Assembly (NCBI RefSeq): GCF_006345805.1
Contig: NW_021833076.1
Span: forward strand, 62,001-126,000
Reading direction: 5' to 3'
DNA length: 64,000 bases
Source of the DNA: Octopus sinensis
Taxonomy: Eukaryota
The position numbers were made by a program, and so were the translations under genes. Below are positions 1 to 12,160 of this stretch, one piece after another (position 1 is the stretch's first letter; each line of letters opens with the position of its first letter). The notes beneath the pieces were generated by a model. The model saw only the letters and a list, made by a program, of their open reading frames with translations, made no database searches and was not told where the DNA came from.

Positions 1-29
1 TGGCATTTTCAAATGCAGCTTTCAGCAGT

Positions 30-250
30 TTTAGTGCCAATAATTTAGCTTTGTTGGTTCTTTTGCCATCTGACAGCCCAGATAATTAGCCAAATGGCTT
101 AGAGAACCGCAGTTAAAACATTTTTTATGTTTGAGACTTTGCAATCTGTTCCAACATGTACGCCAGAGCAAAATAGACATTTCTCCTGATTTTTTCAGGA
201 ACGTACTATGTGGCCAAACTGTAACACTCAACCTTTAAATTCAAAAAGTC
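30..250 (-). mobile_element. Degenerate non-LTR retrotransposon ORF1 (gag-like CCHC zinc knuckles) remnant
   Basis: Minus-strand fragments in shifting frames, LQFGHIVRS*KNQEKCLFCSGVHVGTDC and KCFNCGSLSHLANYLGC, match the three-knuckle pattern of I/Jockey-type ORF1. Contains stops and a frameshift. Confidence 0.55.
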
Positions 251-281
251 GATTTTTAGCCCCAATCGTACAATCGATTGA

Positions 282-324
282 GCTTCTTCACCATTCGGAC
301 GTCCGCAATGTGGAGGAACTTGCC
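282..324 (+). repeat. 43-bp exact copy of beta-TrCP exonic sequence (other copy 2660-2702)
   Basis: gcttcttcaccattcggacgtccgcaatgtggaggaacttgcc occurs identically at 282-324 and 2660-2702, in the same orientation. Confidence 0.95.
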
Positions 325-564
325 ATTTAAACGGATTTCATATTGCCTTGAAAATCTTTATTGATCCCATTGAGGAATTATTGACTTAGAGCACAGCAGT
401 AGTCATGATCTATTTCAGACAATGTTGACCTGACTAAGTGAACTCGGCTAAGTTGACACAAATCTCCGCATGGAAAGATTAGGTTTGTTTAAATTGTTCT
501 TGGATAATAATTAATTATCAAATAAAATACATAAATCATTAGGAGTTGTGTGGTTGTGTCAAAG

Positions 565-1459
565 ATGGAAGATAAAGGTGAGAATGTGAATTGGATGTAC
601 GACAACAAGATAAATAGAGAAGATTTCCTACTAGGAAAGAGAATTACAAATGAAGATGTAACGAATTTGGGTATCATTCGAGTGTGATCACAAATAGCTG
701 AGGAGAGCAAAAAACACCTCAAAATGAAGGCATACATGGACATGCAGGCCAAAATGCGGGAGGATCCTCTCTACATAGTCCGGTAGTCAGTCCACTCATC
801 ACTCGCAGGAAAAAGGAATTAGAGGCGAGGTTCAAAATCATCAACAATCCCATCAAAATGAAAAGACTGCGCCAACAAGTAGTGCTCCCCCTTCATTGTA
901 GGTCGAAAGAGAGTCCACCACTGACGATATGCTCCTCACCAGGTGGACAGTCCAACTCATCTGCAGGTACTTCAAAGAAATCGTGGGGCAAGAAGGACAG
1001 GAGCAGGGAGGCGAGGAACCCGAAACACCAAAAAAGCGTGAAGGGCACAAGAGGAGTTCACGTCACCACGAGGAAAGGCATTCTCGGTCTAGACGTGACT
1101 ATGCGAGAAGTGGGAGAAGAGGGGACAGCAGAGAAGAGAGGAGTGGGCGAAGAGGAGGCAGTAGAGAAGAGAGGAGAAGAGGGGAGAGTAGAGACGAGAG
1201 GGAGGAGAGGATGGCCAGAAGGAGGGAAGAAATGTCGAGGGATGCTCAGTTGCATGCTCAGCAAAGACTCAGTCGACTGACTGCGTATGAGAATAAAGTG
1301 AAGGAGGAGGAGACGGCGACTAAAAACATGTCTGCTGAGGGAACAGCATCCTCGCTGTACATTGGAGGTCTGGTCAACAAACATTCAGAGGAAACTAATT
1401 TGGAGTCGGAGGTGAGTCGAAGAAGGTACACGAATAAAGGAGTGGACAGAGATGACTGA
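565..1459 (+). CDS. CWC25: Pre-mRNA splicing factor CWC25 (5' end unresolved)
   Basis: Spliced translation gives NWMYDNKINREDFLLGKRI, DMQAKMREDPLYIVR|KKELEARFKIINNPIKMKRL and an RS/RE-rich tail. GT-AG introns of 27, 26 and 23 nt. The N-terminal MGGGDLN..SWHP segment was not found. Confidence 0.85.
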
Positions 1460-1496
1460 CTGTTATAATAAATTGGCATTTCAATTAGTATATATA

Positions 1497-3173
1497 TTAA
1501 TCAAACGGACTGTCGACCGGCTGGCGATACTTTGGATTAAAAAAGTTCCAAATAACAATGGTGTCGTCGTGCGAACACGTCATGATCTGGAATTTGTCGA
1601 ACATTAGTCTGAACACTCGCCCAGTGTGTTCCTGTCGGGTGGCACAACACGACTAACTTGTTTAGTGGCAATGCAGTGCTGACGGCTGTTCCACTCGGAG
1701 GACATGACGGAACGATAGTCCCATATCTTGATCTTACTAGGCAGTAGACAGAGAGTGCCAACGCATCGTAGGAGCCACTGACAATGTAGTCGTCACTGAA
1801 GCGAATGCATCTCACCAAGTCATCATGTCCAGACAACACACGCAGACATATTCCCTCGAAAATGTCCCACAGTCTGATCGTCTTGTCCGAACTCCCACTG
1901 GCCACAATGTTCCCCCGCTGGTGAAGACATGCAATGCCCCGTCTGTGCCCCATCAATGTGTTCCTGACTGTCAACGTCTCCCTCGACCAAACCTGCACGT
2001 GTCTAAACTGGCAAACTATTATAGAACGATCTCCCGAGGCTGTGACTATAAACTCGGAATTAAAATCCACCACGTTGACTGCCGCCTGGTGGGCGACCAG
2101 TTTTTTAACCTCGAGGACAGAGGGACCTTTATGGTTAGCCCACACGATGGCCCTGCCGTCCTGTGAGTGAGTGGAGGCAGTCACCTTGGAACACGTCACG
2201 AGAATGGAATTGTCGTATCGCAAGTACAAGACTGGCTGAGTGTGTCCCGTCAGTTTGTGGAGTTCCTTCCCAGAACGAATATCCCAAATACTACGAATAT
2301 ACACAACACACGACCGAATGGTGCAGTCGGACGACCCACTGATGACGTGCTCCTTGTCGAACTGGAGACACAAAACAGACCCGAAATGGCCAACAAAAGT
2401 GTTTTCGCACACCGAGTCTGCAATATTCCAAATCTAGAGTGAGTGATGGAGTGACCTTCACAGTGTTGTCTCGATGGCCGGACACTATTTTGTGGTCGTC
2501 GTATTGCAGACAGTACACCCCGTTGGTGTTATTGAACTCAATGCGGGAGACAGTGTACCGACAGGCCTTCCACCTCCTGTCGAGTTCCTGTCCACATTAC
2601 CCAATCACCCACGTTTATCTCCCTCTGGATTGCCCCGTACAACACTCGGTAAAAGTCCGGCTTCTTCACCATTCGGACGTCCGCAATGTGGAGGAACTTG
2701 CCCCTGCAATGAATTGGACTGCCAACCATCCCCTCCTCCTCACAATCCCCTCCCACACCGAGTCGATGCCCATTTTGTGCTCGATCACTGTCTTCCAGCT
2801 CAGGTGGATGCGGATTATGGAGAATATGGAAGTGCACGTGGACTCCAAGTTGAGTAGTGAGGCAGGGTCGAGATAATGGAGGATGCCTTTCACGATTTTG
2901 ACATGTCCGGCCTCTACAAATGGACTGGGCAATAGAACGGTGGAGAGACACGATTATGTTACACCCTAATAGAGGCTGCAGAAAAGAGTGCACTTCTGCT
3001 TTCTGGGCCTCGTCGAGTGAGTTTATTATTTCCATGCTCACTCTCACCTTCATTTTAAACCAGGTTGGCAAAACTTTATCGTTATCCTCAAGTTGGCTAA
3101 ATTTGCCCAACACGTCTCTAACTAAATCTGAATATTCTTCATTTTCTTCCAAACTTGAACTCAAATCGTGCAT
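1497..3173 (-). CDS. FBXW11: F-box/WD40 protein, beta-TrCP/Slimb family (BTRC/FBXW11)
   Basis: F-box ([17 protein letters not shown]...[10 protein letters not shown]) followed by WD40 repeats typical of beta-TrCP ([47 protein letters not shown]). About 9 GT-AG introns of 22-27 nt; stop TAA at 1497-1499. Confidence 0.92.
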
Positions 3174-3926
3174 TTATTAAGTTGTAGGTACTCTCAACAA
3201 CAACACACAACTGTACTCAGTTATTAAATAAGGTCATTATTCATTTAAATACATTTTATACTGTTTAAATTTAAAATAATTATAATTTAGGCGTCAGAGA
3301 CATTCTATTCTTAAGAATCCAATAAGTGAGACCAGGTGTCTGCTTTGAATTTCGTTTTCCTGTGGTTGACGTCGAGTCACTTGCGGTGACAGATGTACTA
3401 ATAAATTCGCAGAATGACGAAGTTAGAACTCATATCACATTTAAGTAATTTTCATAAACCATTTTGTCTTAAAATCTTGTTTTATGGCCCGATTTAATGA
3501 TGCTATTTTTAATTGTAGAAACAATCATTCGTTACAGATGTGAAAGGAATATTTCTCTTTGTTGTCTCACAGCATTTACCCCGAGTGCAGGGAAAGGAGA
3601 CCTTGGCTAAGATGTGGGTTCTCGTGTAATATTGAGGTTCTGTTTATTTTCTGTACGGACTTAACCACAAATTGCGGTCATTGCATTAATTCGATGATTT
3701 ATTTTTAAAAACTGTTTCTTTGAAAATTTAATCGAATTTCGAGGTTGCTCAGCAACTCTCTATAACTCGACTGCTAATAATGACAATATCAAATTAAGGA
3801 ATATACAAATATGGATTTTTAATTTATAGAATATAACAAAGGACTTCATTTTTATGACTATTGGGTGGTGTTATTGATTATAAATTGTTTCCCTAAAAGA
3901 GTCAATTAATATCACCAAAATGACTA

Positions 3927-5559
3927 CAGTCCGACCTCTAAATGGGGCACTAAGTGCCTCAAATCAGAGGTTTCCCCAAAAAAGAGGTTTTTCAAAAAGC
4001 TCAATAAATAAAGAAAAAGAACATTATTTTTTAAAATAATCAGTTAATTTTTCTCCATATTTATATTTATTTTTAATTCCTAACGACACTTTCTTTCTGA
4101 ATTCATAAAAATCATGAAGAGAATCTGGAATCAAATCAAAGATGTTTGTCTCTAAGTTTTCCATCAAACTTAAAATTTGTGATATTGATGGTTCGCAGCT
4201 TATATTCTCATAGATATTTGGATCATTATCTTCTATTTCATCAAAACATTTATCAATAACATTATTAAATATTTCTTCAGATGATTCATTTATGCAACTC
4301 GAGTCTGATGGAGATTGTCGAAAAACCTTTTGCCAGCAGTTATAAATAATATCCGCAGATACATTATTCCAAGCATCTGAGATTATTGTTACCACTTGCC
4401 GCAAATTTAATTTGGATAAAGACTATAAACAAATCCTGTTCGTCTTGAAAACATAAAAAATCAATTAGACAATTCAAATAATTATCCTTGAAATTTTTAA
4501 TGATTCCAGCATCCAATGGTTGAAGTATTGGTGTCGTATTTTTTGGTAAAAATAAAAAATCAACGTTGCTAAATGTCGATATTTTGTGGCAAGCAGCGTT
4601 ATCTAATAACATTAAGATTTTTCTTAAATGTCATCCACGCATTTTTGGACGAAGAGTATAAAATTCCATAAATTTTTGGAGAAAATTTTTGAAACATCTA
4701 GGATTTCTATATTTTCCGATTATTAATGGTTCAAATTTTTCTCCAGTGTAACTACAGCATAGATGAAGAGTAATTTTATCTTTACTCCTTTTAAAGCCCC
4801 GTGCCGAATCACCAGTTTTCACGAATGATTTACGTGGGGTAAGTTTGATAAAAAGAGAAGTTTCGTCACAATTAAAAATGTTCTCCTTTCCATATTGTTC
4901 AACTTTGATATTTAATTCTGATAAAAAATTCAAAATTATCGCATGATCAGCAGATGCGGATTCGCCTGACAATGTTCGGAATTTTAATTCATGCCTCTGC
5001 TTGAATTTTTCTAACCATCCATTTGAAGCTTTAAACTTGTTTAAGCCCATTCTCGAAGAAACAGTTAGGGAAATTTTTTTTAAAAGAGTTCCAGAAACTG
5101 GAACATTCTGATCCCTTAGACGCTGAAAAATATCAAGGACTTTTTCATCAAATCCGTTTTTATTTTCACTTAATGATGAGGAAAGAAATCCTTTTTTGAT
5201 AAATGGAAGAATATTCTTTTTTATACGAAAAATAGTTCCCTTGCTAGTATTGTACATTATGGATAATCTCCTCTCAGAATGTTCTTTCTTTAAAAGATGA
5301 TCAGCAATCTTCAACTTGGTTTCATAATTCAAAGGCATTACACAAGAAATTTGAAATGAAACGTGTCTTAAAATATTTATTTTTTTAATTGGTATAATTA
5401 ATTTTATTTAATAAAAAATCAATGCCCCAAATAGAGATGTTAAAATTAATTGATTTTTTATAATTTGGTTAAAAAAATTTATAATGCCCCAAAACAGAGT
5501 TTTCCCCAAAAAAGAGGTGCCCCACCCCTGGAGGTGCGCCCCAATTAGAGGTCGGACTG
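3927..5559 (-). mobile_element. Tigger/pogo DNA transposon, full length, transposase inactivated
   Basis: TIRs cagtccgacctcta / tagaggtcggactg flanked by TA at both ends. Transposase in three frames (5338-4024) with HTH-CENPB (KASNGWLEKFKQRH), FNCDETSLF, LLDNAACH and LQPLDAGII; frameshifts and an internal deletion near 4630. Confidence 0.93.
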
Positions 5560-5868
5560 TATATGGTTATTGCGATCTGCGAATATAGTGTTTATTGAGC
5601 ACATTTGTCGTCCAAGTTCACATTTTCCATGTGACCACATAACCCTCGATCTAATTTTCAAAATTTGAACGACTGGATGACTACCAGAAAGTTTTTTTTA
5701 GTACAGAACTATACGAAACGACAATATTAAAGAATTTAAAAAGTGTTTTAATGTAAAAAACAAAGCACTGTCAAAATCTGATACTAAAAAATGAGAATAA
5801 CTGCAAGCATGCAAATTAAGCAACTTGAAATTCTCATAAATAGAAAGTCTAAAATATTTATTCAAAGT

Positions 5869-7031
5869 TTAGGAAAAGTGGCATTTAGTTATTTTAGCAA
5901 GTACATTTTCGCCGAGAATCGCAGTATTATTAAGAGCGTATACTGCGTGTTCTGCAGAACAAAAATCTCTAAAGGTAACGAAAGCAAATCCTAGATTTCT
6001 CTTTGGAATTTTCACAATCTGGAAATGAAATGGTCGACATTACCTTATACTTAGCAATCGGGCCAAAAAATTGAAAAAGATCAATGAAGGTACTATCGGG
6101 GAACGCCGAATCAACGTTTTTGACGATGAGTGCTGTGCTTTTGTACAGTTCGGTCGTCTTTTCCTCAGGTTTGGATGTCAACAGTCTCGTTACAGTCAAC
6201 CCGGAGTCATTCTCCAGATACCCGTCCATTTTATCAATGGCCTGAAAGTAATGAAGGACACCTCACCTTCTCTGCTAGTGCTCTTGTGTCAAATGAGACT
6301 AATCCATAAACTGACTGGTCTTTTTCAACAACCTGCGAATATTTGTTTTAGACATACCGTGAGAGTTTTGACTGCTCCGAGTTTAGGAAAATGTCTCCAC
6401 AAATTTTTTTCGTTGCATTTCTTGAAGCCTGTCACTTTAAGCTCAACATTTTCATTTTCCGAAAATGGGGAGTAGAAATTGCACAGTCTGCTAATGGATC
6501 TCATAATTTACAGTTTTTTCCCGTCTGTCACAAGCCCGTCGAGAATTTCACAGCATTTAATTGCATCTTCCTCCTCACAAAACTCGGCATAACACATCTG
6601 CTCATTATTCATCAAGGGAAATAGCTGTGGATACAACCACAAAAATGACTTCGAAATCCGTGACTTTTCCTGAGAAATTGAGAATGAACGTCACGTCAAC
6701 CCAACTGTAATCGGAAGGAATTCCCGTGACACAAACATATTTGCTTTTCTCCCTGCTCGCTTTTATCACTCGCAGACGAAATCCTTTGAACAAACAGTAG
6801 TCGAATTGTTCTATTGCCCTGACGGCTGATAGCATGTGATCAACTACTCAAACCTGCTCTGTCTGTCGAATATTCTGCAAAGGCCTGTTTCAATTCGAAA
6901 CCAATGAAATTGTCCACAATTCTGACTGCCATGAATCCCGGAACTGTAGAAAACAGTTTCGACAGATCTCGTTCTTCTGTAGTAGGATGTATTCCAGAAA
7001 TGTAGATTGTGTTGGACTCAACGTTTTCCAT
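5869..7031 (-). CDS. Divergent RNA-binding protein with four RRM-like domains
   Basis: The manual model with six 21-28 nt GT-AG introns is open. RNP-like motifs include TIYISGI, QAFAEY, CYAEF, YGLVSF, LIVKNV and LGFAFVTF; it ends KITKCHFS*. Confidence 0.75.
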
Positions 7032-8783
7032 TTCCTTAATTTGACGCGAATCTTATTTAAAAGACTCCTTTTGCAATTGCGCATATCCATTTTTATATAC
7101 AGCAGACTACTAATTTATATGTGCTTTCGACGTGCCCTACATAATTTAATCATATTGATATTTTTTTAGTGGATTACAGTTCGAACCGTATTAGCTCGAT
7201 AATGTAAATGAAGTTGTTTGATAACTACTCAATAACCAATTTATTCATATTTTTTCTGATAAATCCTTGCAAGATGATCCGCTAAAAACCTTTACTTTAC
7301 TCAAAATTCTTTACTAATGGTCTCACGAGACGCTCGGCCAGCTTCGCGAATAGCAAAGCCATTTCCACGGATCACGGCGATCGACAGACGTTTAAGATTC
7401 AGGATGACTCTCTGGAATCGTGTCTTATTCTTGACATCTGTCGGCCGAGGGAGTGAAGGAAGTGAGTCAATTTATTAAATTAAGGTTAATTGACTGGTTT
7501 TCAGCGGATATCGTTTGCGATATTACCTGGAAATTGTCTGTCCATCCGCTCGGCGACTCATCTAATTTAGTTAAATTTTCTTTTTTTTGTTTCAATGGAA
7601 GAAAAATTTAAGAAAAACCAAATTTCAATTTATCTGAAAAACAAAGAGGCGCGATTCCTGTATTTAAAATATTAACAAGAGAGATCTCTGTATTCCAAAT
7701 GCGTCGTTAAACTGAGAATTAGAAATAAACATGCAATCGAAAAAATTCTTTATGAATGTTAGAACAAAAGTCTACGGAGGACAAAGGCAAAGGTTTGTGA
7801 CGATCGATAAAAGTTTTTTAGAGCGATAGCAGAAAGACGACTAGAGAAGAAAAATAAGATGTGGGATGAAAAGAAAATTCCTTAACACGAAACAGGCGAC
7901 CTACGATTAATTAAAATGCAGTTATCGACTGTTCTGTGAAATTACTCAAAAAGCTAAAAAAAAATCCCGGAACGGCGTTTTTAAACTTGTTGATCCAATC
8001 TTCCAAAAATCAGAAAAAATCAAATTAGGACAAAGGTTTATTTTGGTCCGTTTATATGTTGATTCGAAGCAGGATCAATTTTTTCGCCTGATCCGCACCG
8101 TTGGGAACAGAATTTGGGAAAAATCGACACACGTTGCGTCCAAAACTGACAAAGAACTGAACTGAAAATACCCAATTAAATCTTAATAATTAATTAATTG
8201 AACAAAGCAATTTCCGTTCCTTTCTATCATTTGGACGCTTTTTCACTGGAGCAATATTCCGAGGCATCTTTTTTGTGTTATTCAGGGGGGTTGAGTCGAA
8301 TTTAGTCTGGGTTCTACTATGTGAGAATTCTCGACAATGCTTCGAGCAGTAGGGATTGTGAGTTTCCCTGGGGGAATTAATTTGTCTTGTTTACACAATT
8401 TTTGCTGCTTAAATCGTCAAAGGTGCTCAACAAAATCCCAGAAATTAAAAAAAAAAACCCCACGTACAATTTTCTCGCTGGAGAATTAGGTCACCACAAG
8501 ACAAAAGCCACAAGAATCCCTATTGGATTGGCATGGGATGAGGCGGTAAAAAACTATAACGATCAAATTGTCAATAATATTATTGTTCAAGGGCAAAAAT
8601 GTCAGTTGACTAACAGAGGAATCATATTCCTTACTGACCACGAGAGATTCTGAGCTTAACTTAAATGTTGAAATGAGGAAATTAACGTCGAGAGCAGTAA
8701 GTAGGTTTGAATAGATTTGAATAATCCTTGAAAACAATGCTGGATTAAATAATCAATTTGCGGTATTATAAATTTACTCAGAA

Positions 8784-9936
8784 ATGTCCCAAATATTAAA
8801 CATAGCAACACTGCGGTTACATTCCGTCGTTATAAACAATTCGCAAATTATAAGCCGCAGTGATGTTTATTCTAAGTTCTCAAAACCTCACCGTTCCCTC
8901 CCGATGTGCAGAGTATAAATCGACTGCCCAATAACTTAGACAAAGACTTGATTTCCTCCGCTCACGGTATCAGATCGAAGATCTTTCTTTCCAAGAATAC
9001 CATGGAATAAATTTTAACGCCATTCGCATACTTGACCGGAGACAGGTTCAAACATCATGTCCTCATCCCAAGGTTATAATCAAAATTTCAGAGGAGACAG
9101 CCACCCACACTGACGTGGTCCCTTGTGGTCAAATTTGTAGGAGAATCAGCAAGTCATGCCCATGGAGATTGCCATTCACAAACACTTGGGCACGTGTTCG
9201 GTGAAAACAGAACTCTTGGAGTATCAAAGAAATATTACATTTGCATCCTCAATCACCCCCGACACACCATAGCCCTTAAAACGTTCGAGAAAATGGTCGA
9301 TTCGTTCACGGAGACAGAGGTGTGCTACTTCCAAGTGATGGCTGATGGGAGTGCTGAGTTGTATAAGCATCATCATGCATCTCCACAACGAGGGTCTTCA
9401 CCATAGGGGACTTAGCCTGGAGGACTTTATATTCGACCTCCACACGGCGACCTTCAAAATTATTGACTTGACCAATGTGCGCTTTGCTGCCGACGACGAG
9501 AATAAGTATTACGGTTGGCCATCGTGAGACAGCGGTAGGGGATGTGGCCTATTCTCCCCCCGAGTGGTTGGCAGAAAGTCGGGTTTCCTACGAATCCATG
9601 ATTTCGTGGAGTCTGGGAGTTATGTTTTACCTACAAATAACCAGAAACCATTCCGAGAACATAGTCTCCGATATCCAAACGGGCAATCTAAAGTTGACGG
9701 ACAACGTGAGCGATTTTGCCGCGGCGTACATTCACGACAGTCTCAATCTAAATGACACTGCGCGGATCAGTTTGAAGGATCACTCGACTCATCCCTGGCT
9801 ACTCGATATATTCAACTGCTTTAATCTGGTCTCCCAGGAAGAACAAGACTCCTGCATTCAGTGTGAGGAATCGGAGTGGGGGAGTTGTACATTTTGCAGG
9901 TGTTTGAAGCAACTCACTCGTAACTACTCATTATAA
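8784..9936 (+). CDS. PIM-like protein kinase, catalytically degenerate and frame-disrupted (pseudokinase or pseudogene)
   Basis: MPMEIAIHK, LHNEGLHHRGLSLEDFIFDLHTATFKIIDLT and GDVAYSPPEW...SWSLGVM align with PIM motifs. HRD is HRG and DFG is DLT. Frame breaks near 9225 and 9335-9360; start uncertain. Confidence 0.65.
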
Positions 9937-10010
9937 CTGTTTTGCACGATTCTTGTTATTCTTAATACTGCATTGGAGTGATAAACACAAAACCACCACG
10001 GTTAATGAAA

Positions 10011-12089
10011 TTAAGGAATCAGTCTTTGCAAGCTGACTTGGTCGTTGCTGTCACTCATCGAAATGAATATAGTCACGAGGATACCCCTTCCCCCGCCAAA
10101 TGAAGAGAGGCCACGAAAAGCATGGCGGGCGACAAGTTATCCCTTGTGGACTGTGGCACATTGGCAGCCACTGCGTCGAATATGTCAATCATTCTGACCG
10201 GCTTGGAGTCCAACTCGGAAATAATGGCAGATTTGAGTTTCTCCATATTCACTCGCCGAGAACTTTTGGTAAAGGAAATGTCGAGAAGGGCCACCTACAA
10301 ATAGGGGGAAACATGACTTTATTGGGGTTATCGATGAGATTCAAATAGGGAGAGACACACGTCTGGGCGGGCGAACAGGCAAATCCATTTTCGGTCTCAG
10401 AATTCTACACATGAAAAATATAGCCTACTGGCAAGTCGTTGGCTGTGCCCAAATCAATGTCATGTAGTCACCCGCCTCCTGATTAATAACTGCTTGAACA
10501 CAGGGGTCCTCCCCGACTGTTTCGGCAGACTGAAATAGTAAATGAGGGAGAACAATAAATCTGGTCTGAACAGAGTCGAATTTGAATATATCACGAATGT
10601 TCAGTTTGGGGAGTTTGAGGTAAGTATTGTTGAGGGTCCCAAACTTGTCCTTTCTGAGCATCGAGGAGACGAAGGAGAACGGACTGCCCTCCCTCTTGTG
10701 ACTGCATAATTCCTTCTTTTCAATCACCACCCTCGATGGTCTCCTTTTTCATCTTCCTCTTCTTGGGCTGCCCCGACAAAACTACAGTCGACAAAGATCA
10801 CAACCACACGAGTCACTGGGCACATTCCTGGCACCTGAACGGGGCAGGGAGTGTAATTCGGTCAGCAGACGAGTGTCGAAATACGAATATTCTGATCGCG
10901 CTGAGGAAAACAGACTGTAAATTTTGTCTATCGAAAGGGGATACAAAAGGAGGGGATTGAATGTCTGGTCGGCCACCTCTCCCACGTCGGGGACAATCGT
11001 GGCATCGAGGTCAATGCGGAGAGTGTCGTCGTGGCACATCTCCTCATATTCCTCAGACCTTTGTGAATCCCCGCCCCAATCAGTTCCCTGAATAATTTCC
11101 TTGGATAGTCAACACAGCAATTACCTCAGCCAATCCATCCCCCGCAAATGAAAATCCAAAAAGCGAGGACCCAAAAATATTGCGTCCCTTTTCATTAAAA
11201 GTGAGTTCTCCTATCGAATGCACACACAAAAGGACTGAGGTTGATCGGCAAGTCCTCCATCAGTGGTTCGTCGAGCACTTGGAACACCTGGTCGGAGGGG
11301 TCCAACGAGACAAGCCCCGAGTCGTCGAGAAGGACAGCCTTGTGTATCACGTCGTTCACAGTCTCTGCGTCTGGGTCGAGTGCCATGACTGATTTGAGGA
11401 GCCCACACATCTACAATGAGGACATCAATATTCCTTGTCCCCCGACTCAGCCACACTCTCAGTTATGTTCTTCAAATTCACTTCGATGATTGCCTTCTTC
11501 TTGCACCGCTTTTGTTTGGTTGGCGCTGTTTCCTGCACTTTCTCCACTTGGACGGTCGATTCGTCACTTTCTTGAGGGTCAGGGACCAAGTCAACCATGT
11601 TCTTCAGTCGCCGGCTTTTTGCTGTGAATTCCGGCCCACACTTGGTGTGACTCGGAGTAGACGGCGTCCACTCTCCCCGCGTAGATCTTGACACTGGCAT
11701 CGAGGGCGGAGGTCATCATCTGGTAGTCCGAGTTGCCCTCGATCACGCTGCTGAAGTGGTCGATCAGGTGCAGGCCAAACGCGTTCTTGGATGTTATTTT
11801 CTGAAGTGGCATTGAATGGCTACGTTTTCCACACTCAGACGCACACAATTCCCGTACAGTTCGGCCAATTCCGCGGTGGAGTAGGAAAAGTGTCTAAATT
11901 GGGGGCTCCACTTCACTTTTTGGAGGAATCGACTGATTTTCTATTCTTGGCCATGAACGCCCTTTCTGTCGCTCGCAGACGTTTCTCGTCAGTGTCGTCG
12001 TTGGTCTGCATTGTGGTGGCACAGCTGAAGGAGGTGGTTCCTGCATTGCTCGAATATAAGGAAATGGAAGCTCGCTTGTTGTTTCCCAT
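10011..12089 (-). CDS. NCAPH: Condensin I kleisin CAP-H / Brn1
   Basis: NDDTDEKRL, ENKITSKNAFGLHLIDHF, ALDASVKIYAGRVDAVY, SEYSYFD and C-terminal RVNMEKLK...NLSPAMLFVASLHLA. About 10 micro-introns; the last exon boundary is approximate. Confidence 0.9.
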
Positions 12090-12160
12090 CACAAACACAA
12101 TCAAAGCGCGCAATTTATTTAAATATAATGTTTAGAGGCTGTTAGTAAATTAGGAATGGA

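Noticed and set aside
1700-1780. Non-canonical donor in beta-TrCP at YD(G)KIK
   Set aside because: A canonical 26-nt GT-AG intron works and gives YDAKIKIWD.
8387-8737. Short ORFs on both strands
   Set aside because: No family motif that I can support.
11590-11700. Frameshift in NCAPH between the two overlapping ORFs
   Set aside because: Resolved by a canonical 25-nt intron (gttgacttggtccctgaccctcaag).
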